IMG/VR virus record: IMGVR_UViG_3300010358_000004
Coordinates: 1 to 47,237 of that record
Reading direction: 5' to 3' (one strand)
Source of the DNA: a virus
Taxonomy: Duplodnaviria > Caudoviricetes
Length of the DNA: 47,237 bases
The notes below the pieces were generated by a model. The model saw only the letters and a program-made list of their open reading frames with translations, was not told the DNA's origin and did not search any database. Both the position numbers and the translations under genes were made by a program. Positions 8,503 through 18,238 of this stretch are shown in pieces (within the stretch, counting starts at the first letter, position 1; every line of letters starts with the position of its first letter).

Positions 8503-10806
8503 ATGTTAAGTACTGGCCAGCCAGACCCTGTAGTTGCAGGTCTCCGGTACCTGGGGACTAACAATGTACTGGAAGAGGCGAGGGAGCGCTTCAGAACGTG
8601 CGCGGAATGGGAGTCGAACTATCGGAAGAAGTATGTTGAGGATCTGAAGTTTACGAATGCGGACTCCTATAATGGGTATCAGTGGCCTGACGAGATACGC
8701 CACACGCGCGACCTGAACGATCGGCCTTGTCTCACTATGAACGTGGTGAGGCAGCATGTACTACAGATCGAGAACGAGGCTAGAAGAAATAAGTCAAGCG
8801 CGAGGATATTGGGCCTGGGCAACGGAGCAACACAGGAGTCCGCAAACGTTGTCAAAGCAATTATCCGGCACATCGAGTACATTAGCAAAGCTCAAAGAAA
8901 CGCCTACACCCCTGCAAGACACTTCCAAGTCGCAGCGGGAATTGGATGGTGGAGAATAATTACAGACTATGAGAGTAATGACTCGTTTGACCAAGAGATT
9001 TATATAGAAGGGATTTCGGACCCGCTATGCGTTTACATGGACCCAGATTGTCAGAAGCCCGACTGTAGTGATGGGAGATATGCATTTGTCTTTAGTTTCT
9101 TGCCGAGGGACTTGGTCACTTCTCTGGTACCTGACTATCCCTGGATGGTTAATACCCCGAAGATACCTATTGGGATCGCAGCAGGAGAGTCCTTCTTCCT
9201 TGAAAAAGACCACTGGATGGTGGCGGAGTATTTTAGAAAGGTGCCCCGTCAGGATACACTTGTATCGTTCGTTCACAGAGGTGAGAGGCAATACATCCGC
9301 GCGTCTAGTCTGCCTGCAGATATGTTGGCGGAGTTGAGACGAGACGATATGACTATGAGTAGGCCGATAGTCGATCAGGTAGTTGAGTGGAAGCTCATTG
9401 TGGGAGATCTGGTAGTTGATCAGACAATCTGGCCCGGTCAGTACATTCCTCTTATTAGATGCATCGGGGAAGAAGTCGTCATCGGTGGTATACTGGATCG
9501 CAAGGGGCACGCTCGCGCTATGCAGGATGCCCAACGTATGTACAACTATAATGCATCCGCTAGTGTTGAGTTTGGTGCGTTACAGACGAAGGCGCCTTGG
9601 GTGGCGCCAGCAGCTGCGATTGAAGGTCTGGAGTCGGTCTGGAATACGGCAAACACCGAGAACCATTCAGTGCTTCCGTGGAAGCATGTTGATGACGATA
9701 ACCCTGAGAAGGATATACCGCCTCCGATCAGGACGCAGCCGCCACAGTCGAGTCCAGCGTATAGTGAGGGGATGCAGGCGTCTTTCCAGCAGATGATGAT
9801 GACGTCTGGTCAATGGTATAATCAGCTGGGGATGATGGGGAATGAGAGGACTGGAGCGGCTATTGAACAGAGAATGAACCAGGGGGCCACTGCAACCTAT
9901 CACTTTACTGATAACTATGAAGATGCTCTCATATACACCTATCAGCAGATCATCGATCTAATTCCGAAGATCTATGATACGAGGAGAGTCAAGCACATCT
10001 TAGCCGATGACGGCACGGAGATGGAAGTTGACATCGATCCGAGAGCTGCTCAGGCTTACATTCAGGAGATCGATAGACAAAATGTCGTCGTTAGACGAGT
10101 CTTCAACCCCCAACTCGGAAAGTATGACGTTGCCGCAGAAATCGGCCCCAACATCCAGTCAAAGAGAAAAGAGGCGGTCGACGCGCTCACGGTCATACTT
10201 ACGGAAGCGCCAGCTCTCACTTCCATTATCGGAGACATCCTCCTCAGAAACATGGAGTTCGACGACGCACAAGAAGCCAGCCTCCGACTGAAGCGGATGG
10301 TTCCGCAGATGGCTTTGGGGACAGGGCCAACTCAAGAGGAACAGAGACTGCAACAGCAGGTGGCACAATTGCAAGAACTGCTGGCTCAGTCTATGCAACA
10401 GGTTGGGAAGGACGAGCTTAAGCTGCTTGGCAAGGACCAGATGCGTGACATTGATGTGTATGAGGCCGAGACTAAGCGGCTTGATACATTGCTCAAAAAT
10501 GCCCAGATTGGAATGGACGACGCGGCGGGTATCCAGGCTCTTGTGGAGCAGCTGATTGACAACGCGCTTCAGACTAATCTGATGCCGATTATTGAGGCGA
10601 ATATCCAGGGAGTGGCGGAGCAGAGTGAAGGGACTGATAATGTACCGCAATTGAACTCGCCACCGACCCCACCAGTGCCAGGAGCGCAGCAAGGTGAGGA
10701 TGGCCAGTGGTATATGTTGGACCCCACTCGGCGTACTAGATACTTGCGAATTGGACCGTTGATGCAGGAGAGGGCTCCACCGGGAGCCCGTACAGGTGGT
10801 TCGTGA
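8503..10806 (+). CDS. portal protein (P22-like)
   Basis: 767 aa; YQWPDE...RPCLTMN, DAQRMYNY, IPKIYDTRR motifs; C-terminal Gln-rich coil; follows terL. Confidence 0.92.
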   Translation: MLSTGQPDPVVAGLRYLGTNNVLEEARERFRTCAEWESNYRKKYVEDLKFTNADSYNGYQWPDEIRHTRDLNDRPCLTMNVVRQHVLQIENEARRNKSSARILGLGNGATQESANVVKAIIRHIEYISKAQRNAYTPARHFQVAAGIGWWRIITDYESNDSFDQEIYIEGISDPLCVYMDPDCQKPDCSDGRYAFVFSFLPRDLVTSLVPDYPWMVNTPKIPIGIAAGESFFLEKDHWMVAEYFRKVPRQDTLVSFVHRGERQYIRASSLPADMLAELRRDDMTMSRPIVDQVVEWKLIVGDLVVDQTIWPGQYIPLIRCIGEEVVIGGILDRKGHARAMQDAQRMYNYNASASVEFGALQTKAPWVAPAAAIEGLESVWNTANTENHSVLPWKHVDDDNPEKDIPPPIRTQPPQSSPAYSEGMQASFQQMMMTSGQWYNQLGMMGNERTGAAIEQRMNQGATATYHFTDNYEDALIYTYQQIIDLIPKIYDTRRVKHILADDGTEMEVDIDPRAAQAYIQEIDRQNVVVRRVFNPQLGKYDVAAEIGPNIQSKRKEAVDALTVILTEAPALTSIIGDILLRNMEFDDAQEASLRLKRMVPQMALGTGPTQEEQRLQQQVAQLQELLAQSMQQVGKDELKLLGKDQMRDIDVYEAETKRLDTLLKNAQIGMDDAAGIQALVEQLIDNALQTNLMPIIEANIQGVAEQSEGTDNVPQLNSPPTPPVPGAQQGEDGQWYMLDPTRRTRYLRIGPLMQERAPPGARTGGS

Positions 10807-10833
10807 TGAGGTTGAAGGAGCAAAGCGACTGAG

Positions 10834-12045
10834 ATGGTTGGAACTGACCTCAGTGTTAGTCCTGACCTGATTGGGCAGGACCAGCAGTATCCGAGGTTAA
10901 ATCCGCTGTATCCACAAGATATAGGTGCGGAGAGAGATCCGGTTGCGCCTCAGACTCAGTACAATACGTTGCGGCCTGGACTTCCACCATACGGAACGGC
11001 TCAACCACTGACATACTACTCGAAGCCGCCAGGGAACGTGAGTGCTGCTGAAGTCCCACCGATGGCACCTATCCATGATGTGACCGCGCAGGCCGGATTT
11101 GGAACCAAGTTTGGTCGGTATAATACTAACCCGGTTGGAATGGTTATACATCACACTGGTGGGGGGACAACGGTAGATCAAGTTCTTAATGTCTATAAGG
11201 AGAGAGGGTATCCAGCAAACTTTGTAATTGATAAGCAGGGCAATATCTATCAGGCACTGCCTAATGGGTATCAAGGCCGTCACATCATTGGTGGGACTGG
11301 ATTGTTGGGGACTGGCAGGTCGAACGCTAATATGGAAGGGGTTGAAATTATAGCTAATAATGATAAAGATGTGAACGATGCACAGAGAGCTTCAGCGGCT
11401 AACCTGATTGCTCAACGCGGGGCTATGTGGGGATACAATCCGATTACCAGTACGTTTGGGCATGGCGAGGTAAACCCACCGAAAGTGGATACGAATACTG
11501 GACGGATGTATGACTCTCACAGGGAGCCGTCGGAAGGGTTCTCAGTCACTAATGGAATACGAGACGGATCAATTCCAGTGCCTGACTATTCCAAACAGAT
11601 TAGACCTGTTGCAATCACGGCTGCACCTGGATCGGCTCCAGCAGCTCCGTTTGCTGATGTCTCATCTTACCCGCAAACCATACCAGTGAATGCTGCTCAG
11701 GGTACTGAAGCTAGATCAATACCTGGGTACGTGCTGTCGGCAGATGGGAAGACATGGCAACGGGCAGATACGCTGAGTGATCCAACGGTTGCTAGGTCTG
11801 CTGGGGTGTTTGGGCCGAATACACCTATACCGAATATGCAGCAGATGCAACAGCCACAGGCACAGACGTATACAGTTCAGCCGGGGGGTTCACCGTTCGC
11901 ACAGATGTCAAATATCAACTTGCCATCGCCTGCTGCATCATTGTCACTCCCGCCCAACATGCTTACAACTCCACAACCCCAGATTGGGCCGCAGGCGACA
12001 CAGGTATCGGAGCAACCGGAGTTTATGCCAGGGGGCGCATATTAA
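10834..12045 (+). CDS. N-acetylmuramoyl-L-alanine amidase domain protein with Pro/Gln-rich flanks
   Basis: VIHHTGG, ANFVIDKQGNIYQ, NANMEGVEII, FGHGEV Amidase_2 motifs. Confidence 0.8.
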   Translation: MVGTDLSVSPDLIGQDQQYPRLNPLYPQDIGAERDPVAPQTQYNTLRPGLPPYGTAQPLTYYSKPPGNVSAAEVPPMAPIHDVTAQAGFGTKFGRYNTNPVGMVIHHTGGGTTVDQVLNVYKERGYPANFVIDKQGNIYQALPNGYQGRHIIGGTGLLGTGRSNANMEGVEIIANNDKDVNDAQRASAANLIAQRGAMWGYNPITSTFGHGEVNPPKVDTNTGRMYDSHREPSEGFSVTNGIRDGSIPVPDYSKQIRPVAITAAPGSAPAAPFADVSSYPQTIPVNAAQGTEARSIPGYVLSADGKTWQRADTLSDPTVARSAGVFGPNTPIPNMQQMQQPQAQTYTVQPGGSPFAQMSNINLPSPAASLSLPPNMLTTPQPQIGPQATQVSEQPEFMPGGAY

Positions 12046-13079
12046 TGGCTGATGATCTGCCAGATATGCCGTCGGTAGGAGTACCGTTAGCAGATGACTA
12101 TACGGCACCGACACCTTCTGCCCCATCTTCAGGGGGGCGTCGATATGGTGGGCAGTTTGCTCAATTGGAGCCGCTTGCTAACTACTGGTCTGATTATTAT
12201 GGTTTGGATCGGAACGTCTTTAATGCTATGATTGACAAGGAGTCAAGTTGGGTTCCGAGTACTATTGGTAAGGCCCAAGAGGTGGGGTTAGGGCAGATCC
12301 TGCCGAGTACCGGGGTTGATATTCAGAAGCAGTTAGGTAAGTTGAACTTCAATGATCCTAATGATAACCTGAGAGCAGCAGCGTATCATCTGAGGAAGCA
12401 GTTTGATAGTCCCGCAGGGGCAGGGGATTATGGTAAAGCGTTGACTATGTATAATAGGGGACATTTGGTTGACGACAGGTCGTATGCCACTGATGTACTT
12501 CAAAGGGCCAATGCTACTCAGCTTGCTACCACTGGCTCTGTGGCACCTGTTCCACAACCTGTTTTGCCAATTACTTCTGGTAGTAATGTGCCTGGGACTA
12601 ATTTGGTTGCTGGGCCTCAGCTGGGATTTGTTAATACGAACTTGTTAAGTCCACAACAGCAAGCGTCTGCTGGGGCGGTGTCGCCAACAGTCGTTAGCCA
12701 GTCGGGCCCTTCTGGCGGGACGGGGGCTGGTGGCACGTCTAGTGGAGCTGGGGGACCTTCTGGGTCCCCCAGCGGAGATCCGAATGGTCCGGATGCAAGG
12801 TCTAGAGCTATTGCTCAAGCGTTCGCGGATAGGATGAAGCAAGGCGGTCAGGGTAATGGCTGGCAGATGTTGGCGATGGCGGCTGCCTTGTTGAAGGGGT
12901 ATCAGTTCTACAGTTCGTATGATCCGAAAGCCTATTATCCCAGACTGAACTATGCTGGGCCAGTGAGTACAGGGGCACCTGCAACGCCAGTTCCAATGCA
13001 TGGTTGGGAGTCGTTTGGTGGGAGGGTTGCACCAGAGGTTGCGTTGAGAAGGCCACCCATAATTCCACCTACATCGTAA
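12045..13079 (+). CDS. lytic transglycosylase (SLT) domain protein, probably virion-associated
   Basis: AMIDKESSW, GLGQILP, NLRAAAYHL, ALTMYNRG motifs. Confidence 0.85.
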   Translation: MADDLPDMPSVGVPLADDYTAPTPSAPSSGGRRYGGQFAQLEPLANYWSDYYGLDRNVFNAMIDKESSWVPSTIGKAQEVGLGQILPSTGVDIQKQLGKLNFNDPNDNLRAAAYHLRKQFDSPAGAGDYGKALTMYNRGHLVDDRSYATDVLQRANATQLATTGSVAPVPQPVLPITSGSNVPGTNLVAGPQLGFVNTNLLSPQQQASAGAVSPTVVSQSGPSGGTGAGGTSSGAGGPSGSPSGDPNGPDARSRAIAQAFADRMKQGGQGNGWQMLAMAAALLKGYQFYSSYDPKAYYPRLNYAGPVSTGAPATPVPMHGWESFGGRVAPEVALRRPPIIPPTS

Positions 13080-13093
13080 TATGAGGTTGGGTG

Positions 13094-13420
13094 ATGGTTG
13101 TGCAGAAGACTGGGCAGACTGTCTGCCATGTGTATATTAGGAAGGTCGCAAAGGAACTCTGCGCGGAGACTTATGAAGAAGTGATGTCGAGTAATGAGAT
13201 TAGGGATAGGTGGAAAAAGCAGAATGAAGGGTGTACAGAAAAACAGTTGCTTAATAGGTTTGTTGAAAGGAATTGGCCACGGTTTATTGAGGGTGCAAGA
13301 ACTACACTCGGCTTGATGTTGAGGGGTGATTATCCGGATGACTGGAAAGAGAGTATCATGGATATACTTGAAAAAGATCAGTTTTTGAGGAATAGAACCC
13401 AGCCACATCAGATTCACTAG
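13094..13420 (+). CDS. hypothetical protein
   Basis: GAGGT SD; fills gap before scaffold. Confidence 0.65.
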   Translation: MVVQKTGQTVCHVYIRKVAKELCAETYEEVMSSNEIRDRWKKQNEGCTEKQLLNRFVERNWPRFIEGARTTLGLMLRGDYPDDWKESIMDILEKDQFLRNRTQPHQIH

Positions 13421-13431
13421 GAGAGAGTGAG

Positions 13432-14262
13432 ATGGCAGGTAACAACCCAGACGATCCCCAACCGGGTGGCCAGCCGGACCCACAGGCTCCACCTGTACAG
13501 GATCCGCCTCAGCCAGGTACGCAGACTGGACAAGGTGATCCGCCTCCGCAACCTGGGCCAGATACGGCGCAACAGACGGACTGGCGGGATCGGCGGATCG
13601 GAGAACAACAAGCCAGACTGAGGGAGAGAAATGCCCGGATCGCGGAACTCGAAGCCCAACTCAGGGGGCAGGGCGTCCAACCTTCCCAGCCTAGCCAAGG
13701 CAATGGAGCAACAGCGCCTCAACCAGGTCAACCCCCTTACAATCCCCAGCAACCACAAGACATTCAAAGACAGATCAATGAAGCGGCTGCGCAACTTGCT
13801 GCCACCCAGGAGTTCAATAGAAGATGCAACGAAGTTGCAGAGGCAGGAAGAAAGGTCTACGGCAACTTCGACCAACGAGTCCAAAGGTTAGTAGGGCTGG
13901 TCGATGGGAATGATCCGCAGCAGGTTGGTCAGTACAATAATTTTCTAAGTGCTGCGATGGAGACAGGGGCGGCAACGAGGCTGATCTATGATCTGGGTGG
14001 CGATCTGAATGAGGCGTCACGCATCATGGCGCTGGACCCGATGCGTATGGCAGTCGAACTTACGCGGCTGGCGGCTCGTGCCACGACGACAGATCCAACA
14101 GGGGCGCCAAGGCCGATCCAACCGATTACCACTGGGGCACAGGGGCAACGTGCTGCACTCCAACCGGATAATCCGGATGATGCAGATACCCTTAGTACCG
14201 AGGAGTGGATGGCGCGTAGAGAGGAACAAGTAGCGAGTCGGAGACAACGTACATTGGGATGA
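13432..14262 (+). CDS. capsid scaffolding protein
   Basis: Pro/Gln-rich N-terminus, coiled coil, LSTEEWMARR C-terminus; immediately upstream of coat gene. Confidence 0.75.
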   Translation: MAGNNPDDPQPGGQPDPQAPPVQDPPQPGTQTGQGDPPPQPGPDTAQQTDWRDRRIGEQQARLRERNARIAELEAQLRGQGVQPSQPSQGNGATAPQPGQPPYNPQQPQDIQRQINEAAAQLAATQEFNRRCNEVAEAGRKVYGNFDQRVQRLVGLVDGNDPQQVGQYNNFLSAAMETGAATRLIYDLGGDLNEASRIMALDPMRMAVELTRLAARATTTDPTGAPRPIQPITTGAQGQRAALQPDNPDDADTLSTEEWMARREEQVASRRQRTLG

Positions 14263-14269
14263 TGGCTGT

Positions 14270-14286
14270 TGTCCATTCAATGGACA
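14270..14286. promoter_or_regulatory. 17-bp palindromic operator-like motif, copy 2 (TGTCCATTCAATGGACA, perfect)
   Basis: 8-bp perfect inverted repeat around central C. Confidence 0.65.
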
Positions 14287-14289
14287 TAG

Positions 14290-14392
14290 CTGATTAGTTA
14301 CGGTCCCAATCCCGTCTGATTGGTGTTGAGTCCCAGTCCTCTTAATGACTGGTGTTCGGTCCCAGTCCCGTTAGACTGGTGTTCACCTCCCG
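14290..14392 (+). repeat. 3.5 imperfect ~27-30-bp tandem repeats, the complete units each able to form a hairpin
   Basis: Units GATTAGTTACGGTCCCAATC, GATTGGTGTTGAGTCCCAGTC, GACTGGTGTTCGGTCCCAGTC, GACTGGTGTTC. Confidence 0.75.
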
Positions 14393-14464
14393 ACGGTTGC
14401 AATGTCGGTGCGTGGGTCTACTTGGGTGCGCCCACACCTACTCGCAATCCGAAGGGGACTGAAC

Positions 14465-15697
14465 GTGGCTAATCAGCTTCTCACCATCAACATGATTACC
14501 AGAGAGGCTGTGCGTCTCTGGAAGAATGCGAACGCCTTTCTTCAAAACGTTGACATGCAGTACGATGACTCGTTCGCTGTCAGCGGAGCAAAGATCGGCT
14601 CATCTCTCCGCATTAGACTACCAAATGATTTCACTGTTACGACTGGGCCGGCGCTCAACGTTCAGGATACGGCTGAACAGTCTACGACTCTGGTTCTGGC
14701 TACACAAAAGCACGTTGATGTCGCCTACTCGCTGGCTGATCGTACTCTTTCCCTTGATGATTACAGCCGCCGTATCCTCGCTCCTATGGTTAATAACCTA
14801 GCGGGTGCGGTCGCGGTTGATCTTATCAACGGTTCGGAGGGCGGTATTTGCAATATTACTGCCAACACCGACGTCAACAATGCGATTCAGGCACCAATTG
14901 CCAGTACCTATCTGCGTGCTGGCGCTGTGCTTCGCAACAACTCGAGTCCGGTGGCGAATTGGAAGATTGTCAACTCGCCTGATACCGAAGCATCGGTGGT
15001 CTCGAGTTTGACTGGTCTGTTGAACCCCGCTCCGGAGATTAGCCGCCAGTACGTCACTGGGAGGATGTACGATGCGCTCGGGTTCATCTGGATGGCGGAC
15101 CAGACCGTTATCACACACACGAACGGGACACTTGCTCAGGGATCAGCAACAGTCGCAGGCGCGGGGCAGACTGGCCTCGCGCTCACGGTGGGAGCTTTGG
15201 CCGGAAGTCTCAACATCGGGGACATCATCACTATCGCAGGTGTCCACGCAGTCAACCGGATCACCAAGCAAACCTACGGACGACTCCGGACCTTTGCAGT
15301 CACCGCGAACGTCCCCACCGGTTCAACTGTCATTCCCATTTATCCTGCAATCGTCCCAGAAATAGCACCGGGCATCCCGCAGCAGTATCAGACTGTGGAC
15401 TTGAGCCCGGCTGCAGGGGCGGCAGTGAACCCGGCTATTGGGCTCCCAGCGTCTTCCGAGTACACCAAGAACTTCGCGTATGCACCGGAGGCAGTGACTC
15501 TTGCTACAGCTGACCTGGAAATGCCCCGAAACGTCCACGAGGCCGCACGAGAAGAATTTGATGGTGTCTCGATGCGAATGGTTACAGACTACTTTATCGG
15601 AACTGACCAACTTATCACCCGACTCGATGTACTTTATGGGTACCTGTGGATCAGGCCCGAGTGGGCTTGTATTGTCGCCGATCAGGTATACCAGTAA
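14465..15697 (+). CDS. major capsid protein (P22 coat family)
   Basis: GTG 14465 after GAAGGGG; ANQLLTINMITREA, KIGSSLRIRLP, RLDVLYG...IRPEWAC motifs. Confidence 0.93.
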   Translation: MANQLLTINMITREAVRLWKNANAFLQNVDMQYDDSFAVSGAKIGSSLRIRLPNDFTVTTGPALNVQDTAEQSTTLVLATQKHVDVAYSLADRTLSLDDYSRRILAPMVNNLAGAVAVDLINGSEGGICNITANTDVNNAIQAPIASTYLRAGAVLRNNSSPVANWKIVNSPDTEASVVSSLTGLLNPAPEISRQYVTGRMYDALGFIWMADQTVITHTNGTLAQGSATVAGAGQTGLALTVGALAGSLNIGDIITIAGVHAVNRITKQTYGRLRTFAVTANVPTGSTVIPIYPAIVPEIAPGIPQQYQTVDLSPAAGAAVNPAIGLPASSEYTKNFAYAPEAVTLATADLEMPRNVHEAAREEFDGVSMRMVTDYFIGTDQLITRLDVLYGYLWIRPEWACIVADQVYQ

Positions 15698-15722
15698 TCC
15701 AGGCGACTAAAGGGAGACTGGA

Positions 15723-16043
15723 ATGGCTCAGACGACAAGACCTGCGGCACCGCCACCGCGACCAGCTGCTGCACCAGCTGCGTCACGTCCGACAGCTCAA
15801 ACGGCTGAGCCATCTCCTGCTGCTAAGCCTGTTGCGGTATCACCGCCCGCTATGCCTGCGGTTGGCCCTGGGAGTCTGGTGTCGGATCGGCATTTGATTG
15901 ACCAGCTGCGGGCTATTTATCAGTTGGCAGAGCGGCACAAGCCGTTGCCAGCTGGGACGGATGTACATGATAAACTGATTGAGGCGTTGGCTAAGATCAG
16001 TGATATTGCTGAGGAAGCAGTTACAGGATACCAGCCGAAATGA
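15723..16043 (+). CDS. hypothetical protein, Pro/Ala-rich N-terminus
   Basis: GGGAG SD; follows coat gene. Confidence 0.65.
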   Translation: MAQTTRPAAPPPRPAAAPAASRPTAQTAEPSPAAKPVAVSPPAMPAVGPGSLVSDRHLIDQLRAIYQLAERHKPLPAGTDVHDKLIEALAKISDIAEEAVTGYQPK

Positions 16044-16582
16044 ATTGGCGAGACAAGATAGTAACCGATTGGCCTAATGATCTTCAGAAGGCTCATCGGT
16101 GTAGGAGTGCCCTCCAAGACTTGGAGCGGGTGTTGCTAGAGCTGGCTGGGCTTGGGCATCCCCTTCATGTCGAGGAAGGATACCAGCCGCCGCCACCACC
16201 TAGCTGGCCTAGGGCGATGTTCCATTTAACTGAGCCAGCGAAGGCAATTCATTGTCAAGGGGAACTCGATGAGTTGGGCGACGGCTGGTATCCAACTATG
16301 GAGGAGGCTCGTAACGCGAAAGGGCTACAGAAACAGTACGAGCGCGGAGGGATATTCAATCGTTCTCTGCCCACTCAACTCACGCAGACGCCACAGCAAA
16401 TCGCAGCGGCTCTTGCTGAGACAGTGGCATTGCGTGAGCAGCAGAAAAAGTTCGTGGAGGACATGCGAATTAAGAATAGGGATGGGTTCCACGGTCGGAT
16501 CGTCCTGACTGAGGACGCGCTCCGTGATGATCCTGGGCCGGATATTCCAGAGAAGGTGGAGCGCATCTCAGGGAGGCGATGA
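16040..16582 (+). CDS. hypothetical protein
   Basis: ATGA overlap with both neighbours. Confidence 0.7.
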   Translation: MNWRDKIVTDWPNDLQKAHRCRSALQDLERVLLELAGLGHPLHVEEGYQPPPPPSWPRAMFHLTEPAKAIHCQGELDELGDGWYPTMEEARNAKGLQKQYERGGIFNRSLPTQLTQTPQQIAAALAETVALREQQKKFVEDMRIKNRDGFHGRIVLTEDALRDDPGPDIPEKVERISGRR

Positions 16583-16755
16583 TGATCCTAGAGATCTTGC
16601 TGGTCGTTGATCTGTTCTTGTGGTTCCTGGCCTTGTTGCCTGTTCCGCAGATGGGGCAGTTCAGTTGGACATCGAGCTGGTTGGCATGGATTGCAGTTCT
16701 GCTCATCACGATGATCCTGTTCGTGCCAGCAATGGGAGGAGCACATGCCCGCTAA
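16579..16755 (+). CDS. small two-TM membrane protein (58 aa), holin candidate
   Basis: Hand-translated MMILEILLVVDLFLWFLALL...WLAWIAVLLITMILFV; GGGAGG SD; Met-Met start. Confidence 0.65.
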   Translation: MMILEILLVVDLFLWFLALLPVPQMGQFSWTSSWLAWIAVLLITMILFVPAMGGAHAR

Positions 16756-16921
16756 GACTGCTAGGATGCAGAGGTTCATGGGGGCGGATTTAGCTAGGGC
16801 GCGCAGGGGGGAGAAGACTAAGACGGGGATGAGCGGTTCTAAGCTGGAGGAAATGGCCGAGAAGCCTAAAGGCGGCTATCCAGGTAAGAAGCGCAATGGG
16901 AATGGCTCGAAGCGTAAGTAA
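16745..16921 (+). CDS. small basic phage protein (58 aa, MPAKTARMQRFMGADLARARRG...)
   Basis: Hand-translated; GGAGGA SD; resembles common MPAKSKAQQRFMG small phage proteins. Confidence 0.65.
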   Translation: MPAKTARMQRFMGADLARARRGEKTKTGMSGSKLEEMAEKPKGGYPGKKRNGNGSKRK

Positions 16922-16946
16922 TCGAGCCGACTGAAAGGAGGATCGA

Positions 16947-17450
16947 ATGCGCGGAGGTAGACACAGCAGGTTCACTGTGTATGATGTCATGGAGGCGAAG
17001 GGGCTCTTTGACCTCAACCCAGCCAACTCATCTAGCCCACAGTACCAAGGGCCGGTTGAGTTCCCCAAGATGTACTATCATCCACAAGGGAAGAAGCGTG
17101 TTATCCAAAAGGCGGAGCTTCTCAACACTCCCTACGGCCCTCAGAAGGTTGGCGAGCAGTTCGAACTCATCTCAAGACTTGCCAATTCGGCCGAGGAAGA
17201 GCAGAGATTGGTTGCTGCCGGATGGCACGATCACCCTGCCAAGGCGATCCAGGCGTCCGGTGAGGCTGCGCCTCCAATGACGGCGCATGGTCGGATCGCG
17301 GATCTGGAACGGCAGTTGTCTATCGTGACGGCTCAACTGGCTGCAGCTAAGGCGTCACCGCCTCCGGAGCTGACTGAGGATGAGTTGCTAGACCTACCAC
17401 CACAAGAACCCAGACCGCCAGCGGTTGCGATTGGACTGGGAAGGAAGTAA
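16947..17450 (+). CDS. hypothetical (probably virion) protein
   Basis: AGGAGG SD; EFPKMYY...EEE..L...GW motif. Confidence 0.7.
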   Translation: MRGGRHSRFTVYDVMEAKGLFDLNPANSSSPQYQGPVEFPKMYYHPQGKKRVIQKAELLNTPYGPQKVGEQFELISRLANSAEEEQRLVAAGWHDHPAKAIQASGEAAPPMTAHGRIADLERQLSIVTAQLAAAKASPPPELTEDELLDLPPQEPRPPAVAIGLGRK

Positions 17451-17456
17451 TAAGAT

Positions 17457-18218
17457 ATGATTGTAGATCCACAGAATACCACTGTTGGTGATCTGTGTAG
17501 GGCTGCGCTGAAGGAGTGTGGCGCAATCGGCGTCGGTCAAACTCCTTTAGCGGAGGATGTTAATGATGCGTGGGCTAGACTGCAATGGATGCTCATGCAG
17601 TGGGAGAAGAAAAGGTGGTTGGTTTATCACCTGGTTACGTTGTCTAAGATCTCTACTGGAGCCAGATCTTATACGGTTGGCCCTGGAGGCGACTTTGACA
17701 CGGGGACTGGGAGCAATAGGCCAGCCAAGGTCAGCAGTGCGTATGTGAGACAGCAGTTTAGCTCACCGGGGAACGCGGTGGACTATCAGCTGGAAATCTT
17801 GCAGAGTATGGAGGACTATAATTGGATCACAATTAAAGGGCTGGTTGCTGGTCCAGGCGAGGCTGTTTTCATGGACTCGGACTGGCCATTGGCTCGTGCT
17901 TATATCTGGCCCATTCCACAGAACTCGATTTATGAGATACATCTCACTCTCTATTCACAACTCCAGTTTCAGTTTGCTACTCTTGCTACGGTGTTTGACT
18001 TCCCTTACGAATATTATGCTGCTATGCTGTATAATTTGGCTCAGAGGTTGCGGCCAAAGTATAGATTAGGTACTTATCCGGGCGACCCGCTGCCAGGGAT
18101 GGCAAAAGACAGTCTTGCTGTACTACGGCTACCGGGGACACAGGTTACCAAACTTAGAATGCCCTCGACGCTTAGGCGGAGAGGTTTGTACAACATCTTC
18201 AGTGATCGGCCTTACTAG
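17457..18218 (+). CDS. head-tail adaptor / DNA stabilization protein (P22 gp4-like)
   Basis: TVGDLCRAALKECGAIGVGQTP...LQWML..W; YYAAMLYNLA.RL; position. Confidence 0.7.
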   Translation: MIVDPQNTTVGDLCRAALKECGAIGVGQTPLAEDVNDAWARLQWMLMQWEKKRWLVYHLVTLSKISTGARSYTVGPGGDFDTGTGSNRPAKVSSAYVRQQFSSPGNAVDYQLEILQSMEDYNWITIKGLVAGPGEAVFMDSDWPLARAYIWPIPQNSIYEIHLTLYSQLQFQFATLATVFDFPYEYYAAMLYNLAQRLRPKYRLGTYPGDPLPGMAKDSLAVLRLPGTQVTKLRMPSTLRRRGLYNIFSDRPY

Positions 18219-18238
18219 TTTCTTGGAGGAGAAAGACG

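Noticed and set aside
14290-14392. CRISPR mini-array
   Set aside because: Units are nearly contiguous with no unique 25-40-nt spacers and no cas operon; the Cas4-like gene is a standard phage exonuclease
14402-14464. Longer coat protein start at 14402
   Set aside because: Family-typical N-terminus and SD support GTG at 14465
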